The position numbers were made by a program, and so were the translations under genes. DNA of 64,000 bases, taken from contig CAWIIB010000001.1 of the NCBI GenBank assembly GCA_963836075.1, positions 960,001 to 1,024,000 on the forward strand, given 5' to 3'. This document shows, piece after piece, positions 1 through 8,972 of this stretch. The stretch is from an uncultured Acidobacteriota bacterium (lineage in GTDB: Bacteria; Acidobacteriota; JAQAZP01). Positions within the stretch are counted from its first letter, which is position 1, and each line of letters starts with the position of its first letter. Under the pieces are notes generated by a model. That model did not search any database, had not been told where the DNA came from, and was given only the letters and a program-made list of their open reading frames with translations.

Positions 1-1
1 C

Positions 2-778
2 GGTGCAGCCGGAAGCGCCCCGGGAAACACTCTTGCCTCGGTGGCGCTGGCCGTGGAGCAGGGAGCGGACATGGTGGAGATCGATGTCCAGGAGAGCGCC
101 GACGGTGAGATCGTGGTGATCCACGACAGCGACCTGATGCGGGTGGGCGGCTCCCCTCTCAAAATCTGGGAGGCCGACTATGCCGAACTCCAGCAGGTGG
201 ACGTGGGCAGCTGGTACGGACCCCAGTTCCGCGGCCAGCGCCTGCCCACTTTGGAACAGGTGCTGGAGATCTGCAAGGGCCGGTCAATGGTCGACATCGA
301 ACTTAAATATTACGGTCACAACGAGCGCCTGGAAGAGCGGGTTGCCGATATCGTCGAAAGAACGGGAATGGAGGACCAGATCGTTCTGATGTCGCTGGTC
401 AACGATATTGTCGTTTCAATGAAGGCGCTTCGCCCAGCCTGGACGGTGGGACTGCTCACCGCCACGGCCGTGGGCGACCTGACCCGCAGCGACGCGGACT
501 TCCTCGCTGTTCACGTGGGAATCGCCAGTTCGCGCTTCGTGCGCCGCGCCCACGCCGCCGGCAAGGAGGTCTATGTCTGGACCGTCAACGACAAACTCAA
601 CATGTCACGGATGATGAGCCGGGGCGTGGACGGCGTGATCACCGACCACCCGGCCCTGGCCCGGCAGGTGATCGAGGAACGCGCCGAAATGAACCCGGCC
701 GAGCGGCTGATGCTCACCGCCGCGTTCTGGCTGGGCCTCGACCCGAAGGAGCCGCCCCCCGAGAGGGACGCGGGCTAA
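2..778 (+). CDS. Glycerophosphodiester phosphodiesterase family protein (5'-truncated by window edge)
   Basis: Frame open from base 2 (GAAGSAPGNTLASV..). GDPD motifs ADMVEIDV, VIHD, IELK, VWTVN, GVDGVITDHP. Confidence 0.9.
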   Translation, partial: GAAGSAPGNTLASVALAVEQGADMVEIDVQESADGEIVVIHDSDLMRVGGSPLKIWEADYAELQQVDVGSWYGPQFRGQRLPTLEQVLEICKGRSMVDIELKYYGHNERLEERVADIVERTGMEDQIVLMSLVNDIVVSMKALRPAWTVGLLTATAVGDLTRSDADFLAVHVGIASSRFVRRAHAAGKEVYVWTVNDKLNMSRMMSRGVDGVITDHPALARQVIEERAEMNPAERLMLTAAFWLGLDPKEPPPERDAG

Positions 779-2742
779 TCTTCGGGTTTCTGCTGGATCA
801 CCACCCGGTGGGGCACCGAGATCCTGATGCCCGCCTCGTCGAACCTGTTCTTGACCCGCCGGAGAAGCTCGCGCCGGACGGGGAACATCTTGTCCGGGCG
901 GGTCTTGAGCATGAACTTGATCACCACGCCATACTCGGTGAACTTGTCTACGCCCAGCATCACCGGCTCCTCCTCGATCCAGTCACCGAACTCGGGGTCG
1001 GAGCTCAGCTGCTCGGAGACCTCGTGCAGCACCTCCATGGCCCGGTCGACGTTCTCCCGGTAATCGATGGGAACCTCCAGCACGGCCCGGCCCCAGCCGT
1101 AGGTCCGGTTGGTGACCGCCTTGATCTCCCCGTTGGGGATGAAGTGGACCCGCCCCTCCAGGTCGCGCAGCACCGTAATGCGCATGTTTACCGACTCGAC
1201 AGTCCCGGTGATGGCGCCGATGGAGATCAGGTCGCCCAGTTCGTACTGGTCCTCCATGAGGATCAGGAATCCGGTGAAATAGTCGCGCATCAGGTTCTGC
1301 GCCCCGAAGGCGATGGCCACACCGAGGATGGCGGCACCGCCGAGCACCGTCTTGATGTCCAGCCCGGCTTCCTGGAACACGAGGAGGATACCGCCGACCA
1401 GAATCAGAACATTTGCGGCGCTGCGAAAGCTGAAGGCCAGGGTGTCAGCACGGTTGGATCCTCTGGCTCGCTCGCTCCGCGTCCCATGAACCAGCAGTCG
1501 CGCCGTGCGGCGCGCGGTAAAACGCAGTATGAGGAGAAGGCCGCCACAGACCAGAATCACCAGCAGAATGCGCGGACCGCGTATACGCAACCACTGCAGA
1601 AGGTTTCGCGGATGCAGCGGGCTCTGCAGCCAGTAGAGCTGCTGCTTGGCCGTCTCGACCTTCTCACGAGCCTCCTCGACTATTCGCGTTACCAGGAGCT
1701 CCACGCGGGCAATTTCTTCCTGCCGCTCGTTCAGTGATTTCAGATAGTCGCCCCGCCGGTCGACCTCTTCGGCCACCTCACCCATCACACGATCGATACG
1801 CCCCATGCGCCGCTCCAGCTCGACAATCTCCTGCCGTGGTGCGTCAGCAGCGTTCAGCCGCTCCAACTTCGCATGAGACAGGCTCAGAGCCTTCTCCAGG
1901 TTCTCCAGTGCGCCCTGCGCGGTCTGAAGAAGCTTGTCTTCCAGGAACGCCAGGTCTCCCAGAGCTTCTTTTCGCTCGACAAACGTCACCACATCCTGCT
2001 CCGCTTTCGCCAGCTCGATCTTCAGCCGCTCCAGCTCCCGCAGAGCCGTGATCTGCTCCGGGGTCTCCAGCTGCATCTCGATCGGCACCGGCTCTGCGGC
2101 TGCTGGTCCCGTGGGGTAGCCCGGTATGGGCAGCGGGGACACTGCCGTTCCTGCAGGTGTGGACACCGGCACCTGCAGTACGGCCGCCGGTGCCTGCCCG
2201 GGCTCGCCGGACACCTCGCCGCGAAGCACGGCTCTGACATTTTCCTGGAGCCTGAGGTTCTCCTCCATGGACAGCTTCTGCTCTCGAAGAGTGGACTCGG
2301 CGGTAAGTGCAAGCTCGGTATGGGTCTTGAACAGTTCCAGCTCCAATTCGAGCGAAGCGATCTGTTCCGTCAGGGCTGCCAACTGGCCGGCATCTGTGTC
2401 CGGGTCAGGCTGTTCCAGTCTCAGCCGGTATTCGTCCAGACGCTGAGAGATTGCGATCGCCTCGTTTCCCAGAGCGTCCACCGCCCGGTTCCCCTCTTCA
2501 AGCTCCTGCTCTATTTCCGCCAGCTTCAACTGGTCCAACTCCATAACCTGTTTCAGATACATCAGGCGATCGGCCCGGGTCGGTTCAACCGGCTCGTCTG
2601 CAGCCTCGGCCTCGACCGTTTCGGGAGCGGGCTCGGCGGGTGCATCCTGAACCGGCTGGTCCTGGGCCAGCGAAACTGGAACCGAAATGCCCGCAAGCCA
2701 GAGACCCAGGAAGGCGACCAGCACAGCACTGAAGTTCTTCAT
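775..2742 (-). CDS. MscS-family mechanosensitive channel with long N-terminal coiled-coil region
   Basis: C-terminal MscS motifs (GVAIAFGAQNLMRDYFTG, GTVESVNMRITVLRDLEGRVHFIPNGEI, RRELLRRVKNRFDEAGI). Start placed at MKNFSAVLVAFLG (signal peptide) rather than the ORF-track start at 3003. Confidence 0.85.
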   Translation of the reverse strand: MKNFSAVLVAFLGLWLAGISVPVSLAQDQPVQDAPAEPAPETVEAEAADEPVEPTRADRLMYLKQVMELDQLKLAEIEQELEEGNRAVDALGNEAIAISQRLDEYRLRLEQPDPDTDAGQLAALTEQIASLELELELFKTHTELALTAESTLREQKLSMEENLRLQENVRAVLRGEVSGEPGQAPAAVLQVPVSTPAGTAVSPLPIPGYPTGPAAAEPVPIEMQLETPEQITALRELERLKIELAKAEQDVVTFVERKEALGDLAFLEDKLLQTAQGALENLEKALSLSHAKLERLNAADAPRQEIVELERRMGRIDRVMGEVAEEVDRRGDYLKSLNERQEEIARVELLVTRIVEEAREKVETAKQQLYWLQSPLHPRNLLQWLRIRGPRILLVILVCGGLLLILRFTARRTARLLVHGTRSERARGSNRADTLAFSFRSAANVLILVGGILLVFQEAGLDIKTVLGGAAILGVAIAFGAQNLMRDYFTGFLILMEDQYELGDLISIGAITGTVESVNMRITVLRDLEGRVHFIPNGEIKAVTNRTYGWGRAVLEVPIDYRENVDRAMEVLHEVSEQLSSDPEFGDWIEEEPVMLGVDKFTEYGVVIKFMLKTRPDKMFPVRRELLRRVKNRFDEAGIRISVPHRVVIQQKPED

Positions 2743-3084
2743 GTGTTGATACTCCACTATTATCAGCCAACTCGCGGTTGGTTCATCAGATTTGAAGAGA
2801 ATGCCCGTAATGATTAGAGGTACAGAATAGTGGCTTCCCCGGAATGCGTCAATAATGGCGGGAGGGACAACAGCGATTGAATCCTGGCAGTGCATCGGAG
2901 CATTGCCTATCCAAAGAATGGACATGGCAAGCACCGCTTGACGGAAACAGGGTTCCTCCCTATCTTCTAATGTGCAGGAGTTGCACATCATCCCTCCCCT
3001 CACGCAGTAGTGAAGGTACCGACTGGTGTGAGCCTCTTCCCTCTTCTGCGGAGAGGCCCTGAACTCGTCCTGGCACGCGGCACC

Positions 3085-3551
3085 ATGTCCATCGGAGGCA
3101 CAAACAATGCGACGGCAAATCGCGTCCGCTTTCCCAACCGCTCGAGGTCACCGGGCTCCTTTCGGCAACGCTGTATGTCTCCTCACAGTCACCGGATACC
3201 GATTTCATGGTCAAACTTTGTGATGTCTATCCGGACGGCCGGTCAATGCTCATCCAGGAAGGTGCCATCCATGGCCGTCACCGGGTGGACGATCGCAGCG
3301 AAAACCAGCTCGAGCCCGGCGCCGTGTAAGCCATCGACGTGAATCTCTGGAGCACGAGCATCGTCTTCAACAAGGGCCATCAAATCCGGCTCAGCATCAC
3401 GTCGAGCAATGATCCACGCTGGGAAAGCAACCCGAACACCGGTGAACTGTTTCGGCAGCATACCCGCACCCAGGTCGCGGTGAACCGCGTCCATTGCAAG
3501 ACCGATCTGCCGTCACGAATTCTTCTTCCAGTCGTGCCGATTACGCCTTGA
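3085..3551 (+). pseudogene. Remnant of CocE/NonD (PepX C-terminal domain) hydrolase
   Basis: Frame from 3138 reads PLEVTG..LYVSSQSPDTDFMVKLCDVYPDGRS..LEPGAV*AIDVNLWSTSIVFNKGHQIRLSITSSNDPRWESNPNTG. In-frame TAA at 3327-3329. Catalytic N-terminal domain absent. Confidence 0.75.
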
Positions 3552-3680
3552 ACAGCCGTAAGCTCTCGTAAGACCAAGCGCTCGGGGCTTCCGGGTGAGA
3601 GCAACATACGGGGTGCCCCAGCGGGCTTGCCACAAGAAATAAGAAGTTACGGCCAAGTCACCGTAACCCCTGTAAAATGC

Positions 3681-3703
3681 GGGTGGAGCTGAGGAGGGCC
3701 GAA
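3681..3703 (-). repeat. Degenerate copy of tRNA-Ala 3' end (att-like site)
   Basis: gggtggagctgaggagggccgaa vs tggtggagctgagggggatcgaa (8858-8880): 19/23 identical with a 13-nt exact core. Adjacent hairpin gttacgg..ccgtaac at 3646-3667. Confidence 0.65.
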
Positions 3704-3846
3704 ACTCGCTCGAGAATTGCTCGAATATAACCGCGGCGATTGCAGGCTGCCCGGAAACTGATGAATCGTGCCAGTTGGCATGGTATATTGTTCGACAACT
3801 AAATCGACAGCTTACCCATAATTACCTTATTTCATCGAGGTGGCCC

Positions 3847-6800
3847 ATGTCCGGTTATCTTCGCTCGCTCGTTCTCCATCTCGCCCGGCGAATGACCTTC
3901 CTGGTTGTCGTGATCCTGCTGCTCTTGCCGCTGATGGAGACCGGCGCCCGGGCGGGATACATTCTTCAGTCCGCACGGCAGTTCGCCAATGAGTATACGG
4001 ACAACAGCGGGGTCAATGACCTCCAGGTGGGGGACGTGACCGGCGACGGCATCCCGGACGTGGTCACCAGCGGTTCATATTCGGAGGGATGGGCGCCACT
4101 GCTGGTCACCTTGCCGGGCCTGGGTGACGGCACCTTCAGCGATGCCGTAGTCACCGATCCTTCCCCTTCCCTGCCGTTCGGGGAAATCTGGCGGATGATC
4201 ATGACGCAATTGAACGGTGATCCATATCCCGATCTCATATTGAACTACGACGACTACGATATCGGGCGCGGCGTGGCCACGTTGCTCGGCAACAGCGACG
4301 GCAGCTTCTCACTGCACACCACTCTGCCCCTCAGCTACTCCCTCTACGACATGGCGGCAGGCGACTTCACCGGTGACGGCCTGACCGACCTGGCCATCGC
4401 TAAAACTTCGCACAGCTCCCCTGCCGTATGGATCTACCAGGGGAACGGCGACGGATCGCTGACCCATCACTCCACGGTGCCCCTGGACGAGGGTTCGTAC
4501 AGTGTGGTGGCGGGCGATTTCGACAACGACGGTGACCCGGACCTGGTCTGCGGGATCAACTCTGCTTCCCGCGGAATTCGCCTACTGCTCAATGACGGCA
4601 GCGGCAACTTCGCCGTCCATAGTTATGGCACGCCGTATGACGTCTGGTCCCTGGCCGCCGGTGACCTGAACAACGACGGCTATGACGACCTGGTGGCCGG
4701 CCATGGAACCGACGCCGAGGAAATCCGCGTCTTCTTCGGCAGCGCCGGGGGCACGTTCGACACCTGGAGCAGCCACCCCTTTGCCGAGAATTCCGGCTCC
4801 CTCAACCTGGGTGACCTCGACGGCGACGGCGATCTCGACCTGGTGGCCTTTGGCCGGGAGCCGTGGCCATCCGGTTTCGGGCCGGGCAGGGTCTGCGTAC
4901 TGCTCAATGACGGCAGCGGAGCCTTTGGCGAGGTGGACTACTGTTTCCGATCGGGGCTCGGGCTCCGGTTGGCCGACATGGACGGGGACAGCGCACTGGA
5001 CGCGGTCATGAGCGGTCCCGAAGACGAAAACGTCACCATTCTGCCCGGGGGTGGAGACGGCACCTTCCCCGCCATGTCCGATATCGTCATTGCCGGCATG
5101 TATCCCCAGGGTGTGGGGCACGCCGACGTGGATGGCGACGGGGACATCGACCTGGGCCTGGCCGCCCAGTATGAGTTTGACGCGACCCTGATCGTGCGCA
5201 ACAACGGAGACGGCACCTTTGCCGTGGTCGAATCCTATGACGTCGGCAGCGGCCCGTATGATGTGACCTTTGGCGACCTGGATGGTGATTGGCTGCCCGA
5301 GATGATCGTCATTACGTCCGCCTACACCTCGCCATCCGGCCTCTCGGTGATGCACAATGCCGGAAACGGCACTTTCGAAGACCGCCGTGACTACGAAATC
5401 GGGGCCAGTGACGCGGCTCTTGGGGACCTGGACGGCGACGGCGACCTCGACATCGCGGCCTGCCATTCGGGAAACCTCGGCGTCCTGATCAACCCGGGCA
5501 ACGGCATCTTCCCCGACCCGGTCTACTACCCCTCTACATCTTGGCCCAACGACCTCTGCCTGGCCGACATGGACGGGGATAACGACCTCGACGCGGTGGT
5601 GGACGGCGAGGTCGGTTCCACCTATGGGCCGTCGCTGCTGACCAACAATGGCGACGGCAGCTTCGCCGCCCCGCGCCAACTGGCAAGTATCAGCGGCTAC
5701 GCCATGTGCCTGGGCGACTTCGACGGTGACGGCGACCCCGATATAGCGATGACCGACGAATACACCGGCGAGGTGGCGATCCTGCTCAACGACGGCACCG
5801 GCCACTTTGGCGCCCCCACCCGGTACCCCTGCGGCGAATCCACCCTGGAGCTTGCCGCCGGCGACATCGACCGGGACGGTCATCTCGACCTGGTGGCCGC
5901 CAACCAGCAGTCGGGCGACATCGTGCTGCTCCGCGGTCTGGGTGGCGGCATGTTCGGCCCTCCGGAGTCGTATCCCCTCGGGGGCCTCCTTCGGGACATC
6001 AGCCTGGCCGACTTCGACGGGGACGGGTCACTGGATGTTCTGGCCAACTCCGTGGATCAAATTAGCGCCTCGATCTTCTGGAGCGCCGGGTCGGTCACCG
6101 GCCTGCTGGCCACCGGCCCCGGCCGGGGCGAACCGAACCCGACTCTGGTTCGCATTTTCCCCGCCACCGGGTCGGGGCTGCCCACGGCCGAATGGTCGGC
6201 CTACGGCGTTGACCGCTGGGGGGTCAACGTGGCCCTGGGCCAGCTCGACGGCTCGGGCTGGCCGGAGGTGCTCACCGGCGCGGGACCGGGAGCGGTCTTC
6301 GGGCCCCATGTCCGGGGCTTTACCGCCGACGGCACGCCGCTGGCCGGTGTCTCCTTCCTCGCCTACGGAACCAACAAATACGGGGTGAACGCCACCTGTG
6401 GTGACCTGGACAACGACGGTTTTGACGAGATCATCACCGGCGCCGGGCCGGGGGCGGTCTTCGGGCCCCACGTGCGGGGCTGGAACTGGGACGGCGCAGG
6501 CGTGCCCCAGCCGATCCCCGGCATCTCCTATTTCGCTTACGGCACGCCCAAGTGGGGGGTCAACGTCAGCTGCGGCGACATCGACGGTGACGACTATGAC
6601 GAGATCGTCACCGGCGCCGGGCCCGGTGCCGTGTACGGCCCCCACGTCCGGGGCTGGAACTGCGATGGCGGCGGGGCCACGGCCATCTCCGCGGTCTCGT
6701 TCCTGGCCTACGGCACGAACAAGTATGGCGTCAACGTCTGCTGCGGCGACATCGACGGTGACGGTATCGACGAGATGGTCACCGGTGCCGGGCCGGGGGA

Positions 6801-7110
6801 AGTCTTCGGCCCGCACGTCAGGGCATGGAACTGGGACGGCAGCGGAACGGTCCAGGCCATCCCGGGGGTGAGTTTCTTCGCCTACCCCTACCCGAAGTGG
6901 GGCGTCAACGTCTCCTGCGGCGACCTGGATGACGACAGTATCGACGAAATCCTCACCGGACCGGGACCTGGTCCCAACTACCCGGCATGGGTACGCGGAT
7001 TCAACTACGACGGCAATACGCTCAGCGCGCTGGGCGGCGTCGACTTCATCGCTTACGACGAAGGTGAGGGTGGCCGGTACGGGGTCAAGGTGGCCGGAGA
7101 TCGGCGGTAG
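3847..7110 (+). CDS. Secreted FG-GAP/VCBS repeat beta-propeller protein with a distinct six-repeat C-terminal module
   Basis: Hydrophobic N-terminus. Many GDxDGDGxxDL / NxGDGTF repeats. Six C-terminal AYGxxxxGVNVxCGDxDGDGxDEIxTGAGPG repeats. ATG 3847 preceded by gaggt. Confidence 0.85.
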   Translation: MSGYLRSLVLHLARRMTFLVVVILLLLPLMETGARAGYILQSARQFANEYTDNSGVNDLQVGDVTGDGIPDVVTSGSYSEGWAPLLVTLPGLGDGTFSDAVVTDPSPSLPFGEIWRMIMTQLNGDPYPDLILNYDDYDIGRGVATLLGNSDGSFSLHTTLPLSYSLYDMAAGDFTGDGLTDLAIAKTSHSSPAVWIYQGNGDGSLTHHSTVPLDEGSYSVVAGDFDNDGDPDLVCGINSASRGIRLLLNDGSGNFAVHSYGTPYDVWSLAAGDLNNDGYDDLVAGHGTDAEEIRVFFGSAGGTFDTWSSHPFAENSGSLNLGDLDGDGDLDLVAFGREPWPSGFGPGRVCVLLNDGSGAFGEVDYCFRSGLGLRLADMDGDSALDAVMSGPEDENVTILPGGGDGTFPAMSDIVIAGMYPQGVGHADVDGDGDIDLGLAAQYEFDATLIVRNNGDGTFAVVESYDVGSGPYDVTFGDLDGDWLPEMIVITSAYTSPSGLSVMHNAGNGTFEDRRDYEIGASDAALGDLDGDGDLDIAACHSGNLGVLINPGNGIFPDPVYYPSTSWPNDLCLADMDGDNDLDAVVDGEVGSTYGPSLLTNNGDGSFAAPRQLASISGYAMCLGDFDGDGDPDIAMTDEYTGEVAILLNDGTGHFGAPTRYPCGESTLELAAGDIDRDGHLDLVAANQQSGDIVLLRGLGGGMFGPPESYPLGGLLRDISLADFDGDGSLDVLANSVDQISASIFWSAGSVTGLLATGPGRGEPNPTLVRIFPATGSGLPTAEWSAYGVDRWGVNVALGQLDGSGWPEVLTGAGPGAVFGPHVRGFTADGTPLAGVSFLAYGTNKYGVNATCGDLDNDGFDEIITGAGPGAVFGPHVRGWNWDGAGVPQPIPGISYFAYGTPKWGVNVSCGDIDGDDYDEIVTGAGPGAVYGPHVRGWNCDGGGATAISAVSFLAYGTNKYGVNVCCGDIDGDGIDEMVTGAGPGEVFGPHVRAWNWDGSGTVQAIPGVSFFAYPYPKWGVNVSCGDLDDDSIDEILTGPGPGPNYPAWVRGFNYDGNTLSALGGVDFIAYDEGEGGRYGVKVAGDRR

Positions 7111-7170
7111 TTCCCGCGTAGGGCGATGAAATTTTCAGCACTGTCGAATCAGGGAAAATCAGCTCATTTC

Positions 7171-8637
7171 TCACGGCGCCACTCCGGTCACGGTGCATAA
7201 AGCAGCGACCGTGTCCCCGGCTGGCGGGTACGGGGGTTGGTTGTAAGGTGCCGGCGTGACGTCTTCGGCCACCAGGGTAAAGACGTTGTCGCCCAGCAGG
7301 CGCCCCAGAGCCGGCAGATTCTGATTCCAAGCTGAGATATAGTTCTCCCCAGGTGCCAGGTTCGTATACCCCGTCCTCCAACCGGCAATATATCCACCCC
7401 CACCGAGGGTAAGGTGGATCTTCGCTGCCAGCCTCCGCCGTTGGCCGGTGTAAAGGTTGGTCAGTGAAGCGGTCATCTGGGTCGTGAACGGCACGATGCC
7501 CGAACCGGGCATGCACGTCAGATCCGCCGAGACCGTTCCCATCGCATTAATCAGCACCGAGATATTGTGGCTCCTCCAATTTGCTACGACCAGGTCCAGG
7601 CTACCGTCGTCATCCAGGTCGCCGATGGCGATCGAGCGAGGATCGTCACCAGCCCCGTAATTCACGGCGGTCTGGAATGTGCCGTCACCATTGCCCAGCA
7701 GCACCGAGACGCTGTCGTAAGAATTTGCCGTGGCCAGATCCGGATTGCCGTCGTCATCCAGGTCGCCGATGGCCACCGACATTGAACCGCCAGCGGTCTG
7801 ATAATGCGCGGCAACCTGGAAGGAGCCGTCCCCATTGCCCAACAGCACCGAGACGTTGTCGCTGACAAAATTCACCACGGCCAGGTCCGAATTGCCGTCG
7901 CCATCAAGGTCACCGATGGCGATTGAATAAGGTCTGGTATCGGCTCCGTAATTGGTCGCTGTATTGAAGGTGCCGTCCCCGTTGCCCAGCAGCACCGAAA
8001 CGTTATCGCTAATAGCATTCGCCACGGCCAGGTCCGGGTTGCTGTCACCATTCAAGTCGCCAATGGCAACAGACCGGGGATACTCACCGACCCCGCAATT
8101 CATGTTGGCCGAGAATGAGCCGTCACCGTCGCCCAGCCACACCCAGACGTTGTCGCTGTATGAATTCGCTTCGACCAGGTCCGGATTTTTATCGCCGTTC
8201 AGGTCACCGATGGCGACGGAATAAGGAGCAATACCGGGCCCGTAGAAATTCACGGCGGCCTGAAAGGTTCCGTCCCCGTTGCCCAGAAGAACCGAGAGGT
8301 TGTTGTCGTCGTAGTTCGCCACGGCCAGGTCCGGCTTGCCATCGTTATCAAGGTCGCCGATGGCCACAGAAACAGGAAACCCACCGGTCCCGTAGTTCAC
8401 GGCAGCCTGGAAGGAGCCGTCCCCATTGCCCAGCATCACCGAAACCGTATCACTGTAATTGTTCACCACAACCAGGTCCGGATTGTTGTCACCGTTCAGG
8501 TCGCCGATGGCGACTGAAAGAGGCCAGTTACCGGCCTCGTATTCCAGGCTGGGATAAAACAACTGTGCTTCGGTTGTCGTCGGGAGAAGAAAGCAAAAAA
8601 ACAACACTGCGATGAAAAGACCATGCACAACTCTCAT
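7171..8637 (-). CDS. Secreted FG-GAP repeat protein with ~120-aa C-terminal domain
   Basis: Signal peptide (..TEA|Q). About seven SVAIGDLxxDxxPDLAVAN..VSVLLGNGDGxF repeats, then a non-repetitive C-terminal domain. Confidence 0.88.
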   Translation of the reverse strand: MRVVHGLFIAVLFFCFLLPTTTEAQLFYPSLEYEAGNWPLSVAIGDLNGDNNPDLVVVNNYSDTVSVMLGNGDGSFQAAVNYGTGGFPVSVAIGDLDNDGKPDLAVANYDDNNLSVLLGNGDGTFQAAVNFYGPGIAPYSVAIGDLNGDKNPDLVEANSYSDNVWVWLGDGDGSFSANMNCGVGEYPRSVAIGDLNGDSNPDLAVANAISDNVSVLLGNGDGTFNTATNYGADTRPYSIAIGDLDGDGNSDLAVVNFVSDNVSVLLGNGDGSFQVAAHYQTAGGSMSVAIGDLDDDGNPDLATANSYDSVSVLLGNGDGTFQTAVNYGAGDDPRSIAIGDLDDDGSLDLVVANWRSHNISVLINAMGTVSADLTCMPGSGIVPFTTQMTASLTNLYTGQRRRLAAKIHLTLGGGGYIAGWRTGYTNLAPGENYISAWNQNLPALGRLLGDNVFTLVAEDVTPAPYNQPPYPPAGDTVAALCTVTGVAP

Positions 8638-8726
8638 TTGTGCTTTCCTCCACGCTTGAAGCGGGCATGAATCATGGCAGTATCGTGTTGGGTAGCAAAT
8701 GGGCGCCCCAACTCACTGAATACAGG

Positions 8727-8735
8727 ATTATACCA
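8727..8735 (-). promoter_or_regulatory. Extended -10 promoter element (TGgTATAAT) for the minus-strand FG-GAP gene
   Basis: Reverse complement of attatacca is tggtataat, ~90 nt upstream of the ATG at 8637. Confidence 0.5.
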
Positions 8736-8812
8736 TGTTCACATGGAGGCAATTCGTTTTCTCCGACACCGCGATCTCTTCGCCTTCTCCACTTGACGTT
8801 CGATGACCAGAC

Positions 8813-8841
8813 AAAGAAAAACCCCTCGGGAATGAGGGGTT
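8813..8841 (-). terminator. Rho-independent terminator downstream of tRNA-Ala
   Basis: aacccctc/gaggggtt stem followed on the minus strand by a U-rich tract. Confidence 0.65.
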
Positions 8842-8857
8842 CACATGAGATCAAAAA

Positions 8858-8933
8858 TGGTGGAGCTGAGGGGGATCGAACCCCTGACCTCGTGACTGCC
8901 AGTCACGCGCGCTCCCAACTGCGCCACAGCCCC
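8858..8933 (-). tRNA. tRNA-Ala(GGC)
   Basis: Reverse complement GGGGCTGTGGCGCAGTTGGGAGCGCGCGTGACTGGCAGTCACGAGGTCAGGGGTTCGATCCCCCTCAGCTCCACCA. 76 nt, G3-U70 pair, anticodon GGC, encoded CCA. Confidence 0.97.
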
Positions 8934-8972
8934 ACGTATATCTTTTTCAGGAGTCCCTGAGGGCTCCTTGAT

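Larger units (their letters stand above)
3681..8880. mobile_element. Putative tRNA-Ala-integrated genomic island remnant (no integrase)
   Basis: Bounded by the intact tRNA-Ala 3' end and its degenerate direct repeat. Cargo is two secreted FG-GAP proteins. Confidence 0.45.

Noticed and set aside
2743-3003. ORF-track N-terminal extension of MscS to 3003
   Set aside because: Lower GC and non-protein-like composition. A clean signal peptide begins at ATG 2742.
3776-3792. Possible sigma54 promoter TGGCATG..TTG upstream of the large FG-GAP gene
   Set aside because: Spacing is off by one and the -12 GC is missing. An extended -10 (TGgTATATT) explains it better.
4000-8520. Regularly spaced nucleotide repeats that could be mistaken for a CRISPR or other array
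   Set aside because: They are degenerate, in-frame FG-GAP coding repeats with no constant repeat plus unique spacer structure, and no cas genes are present.
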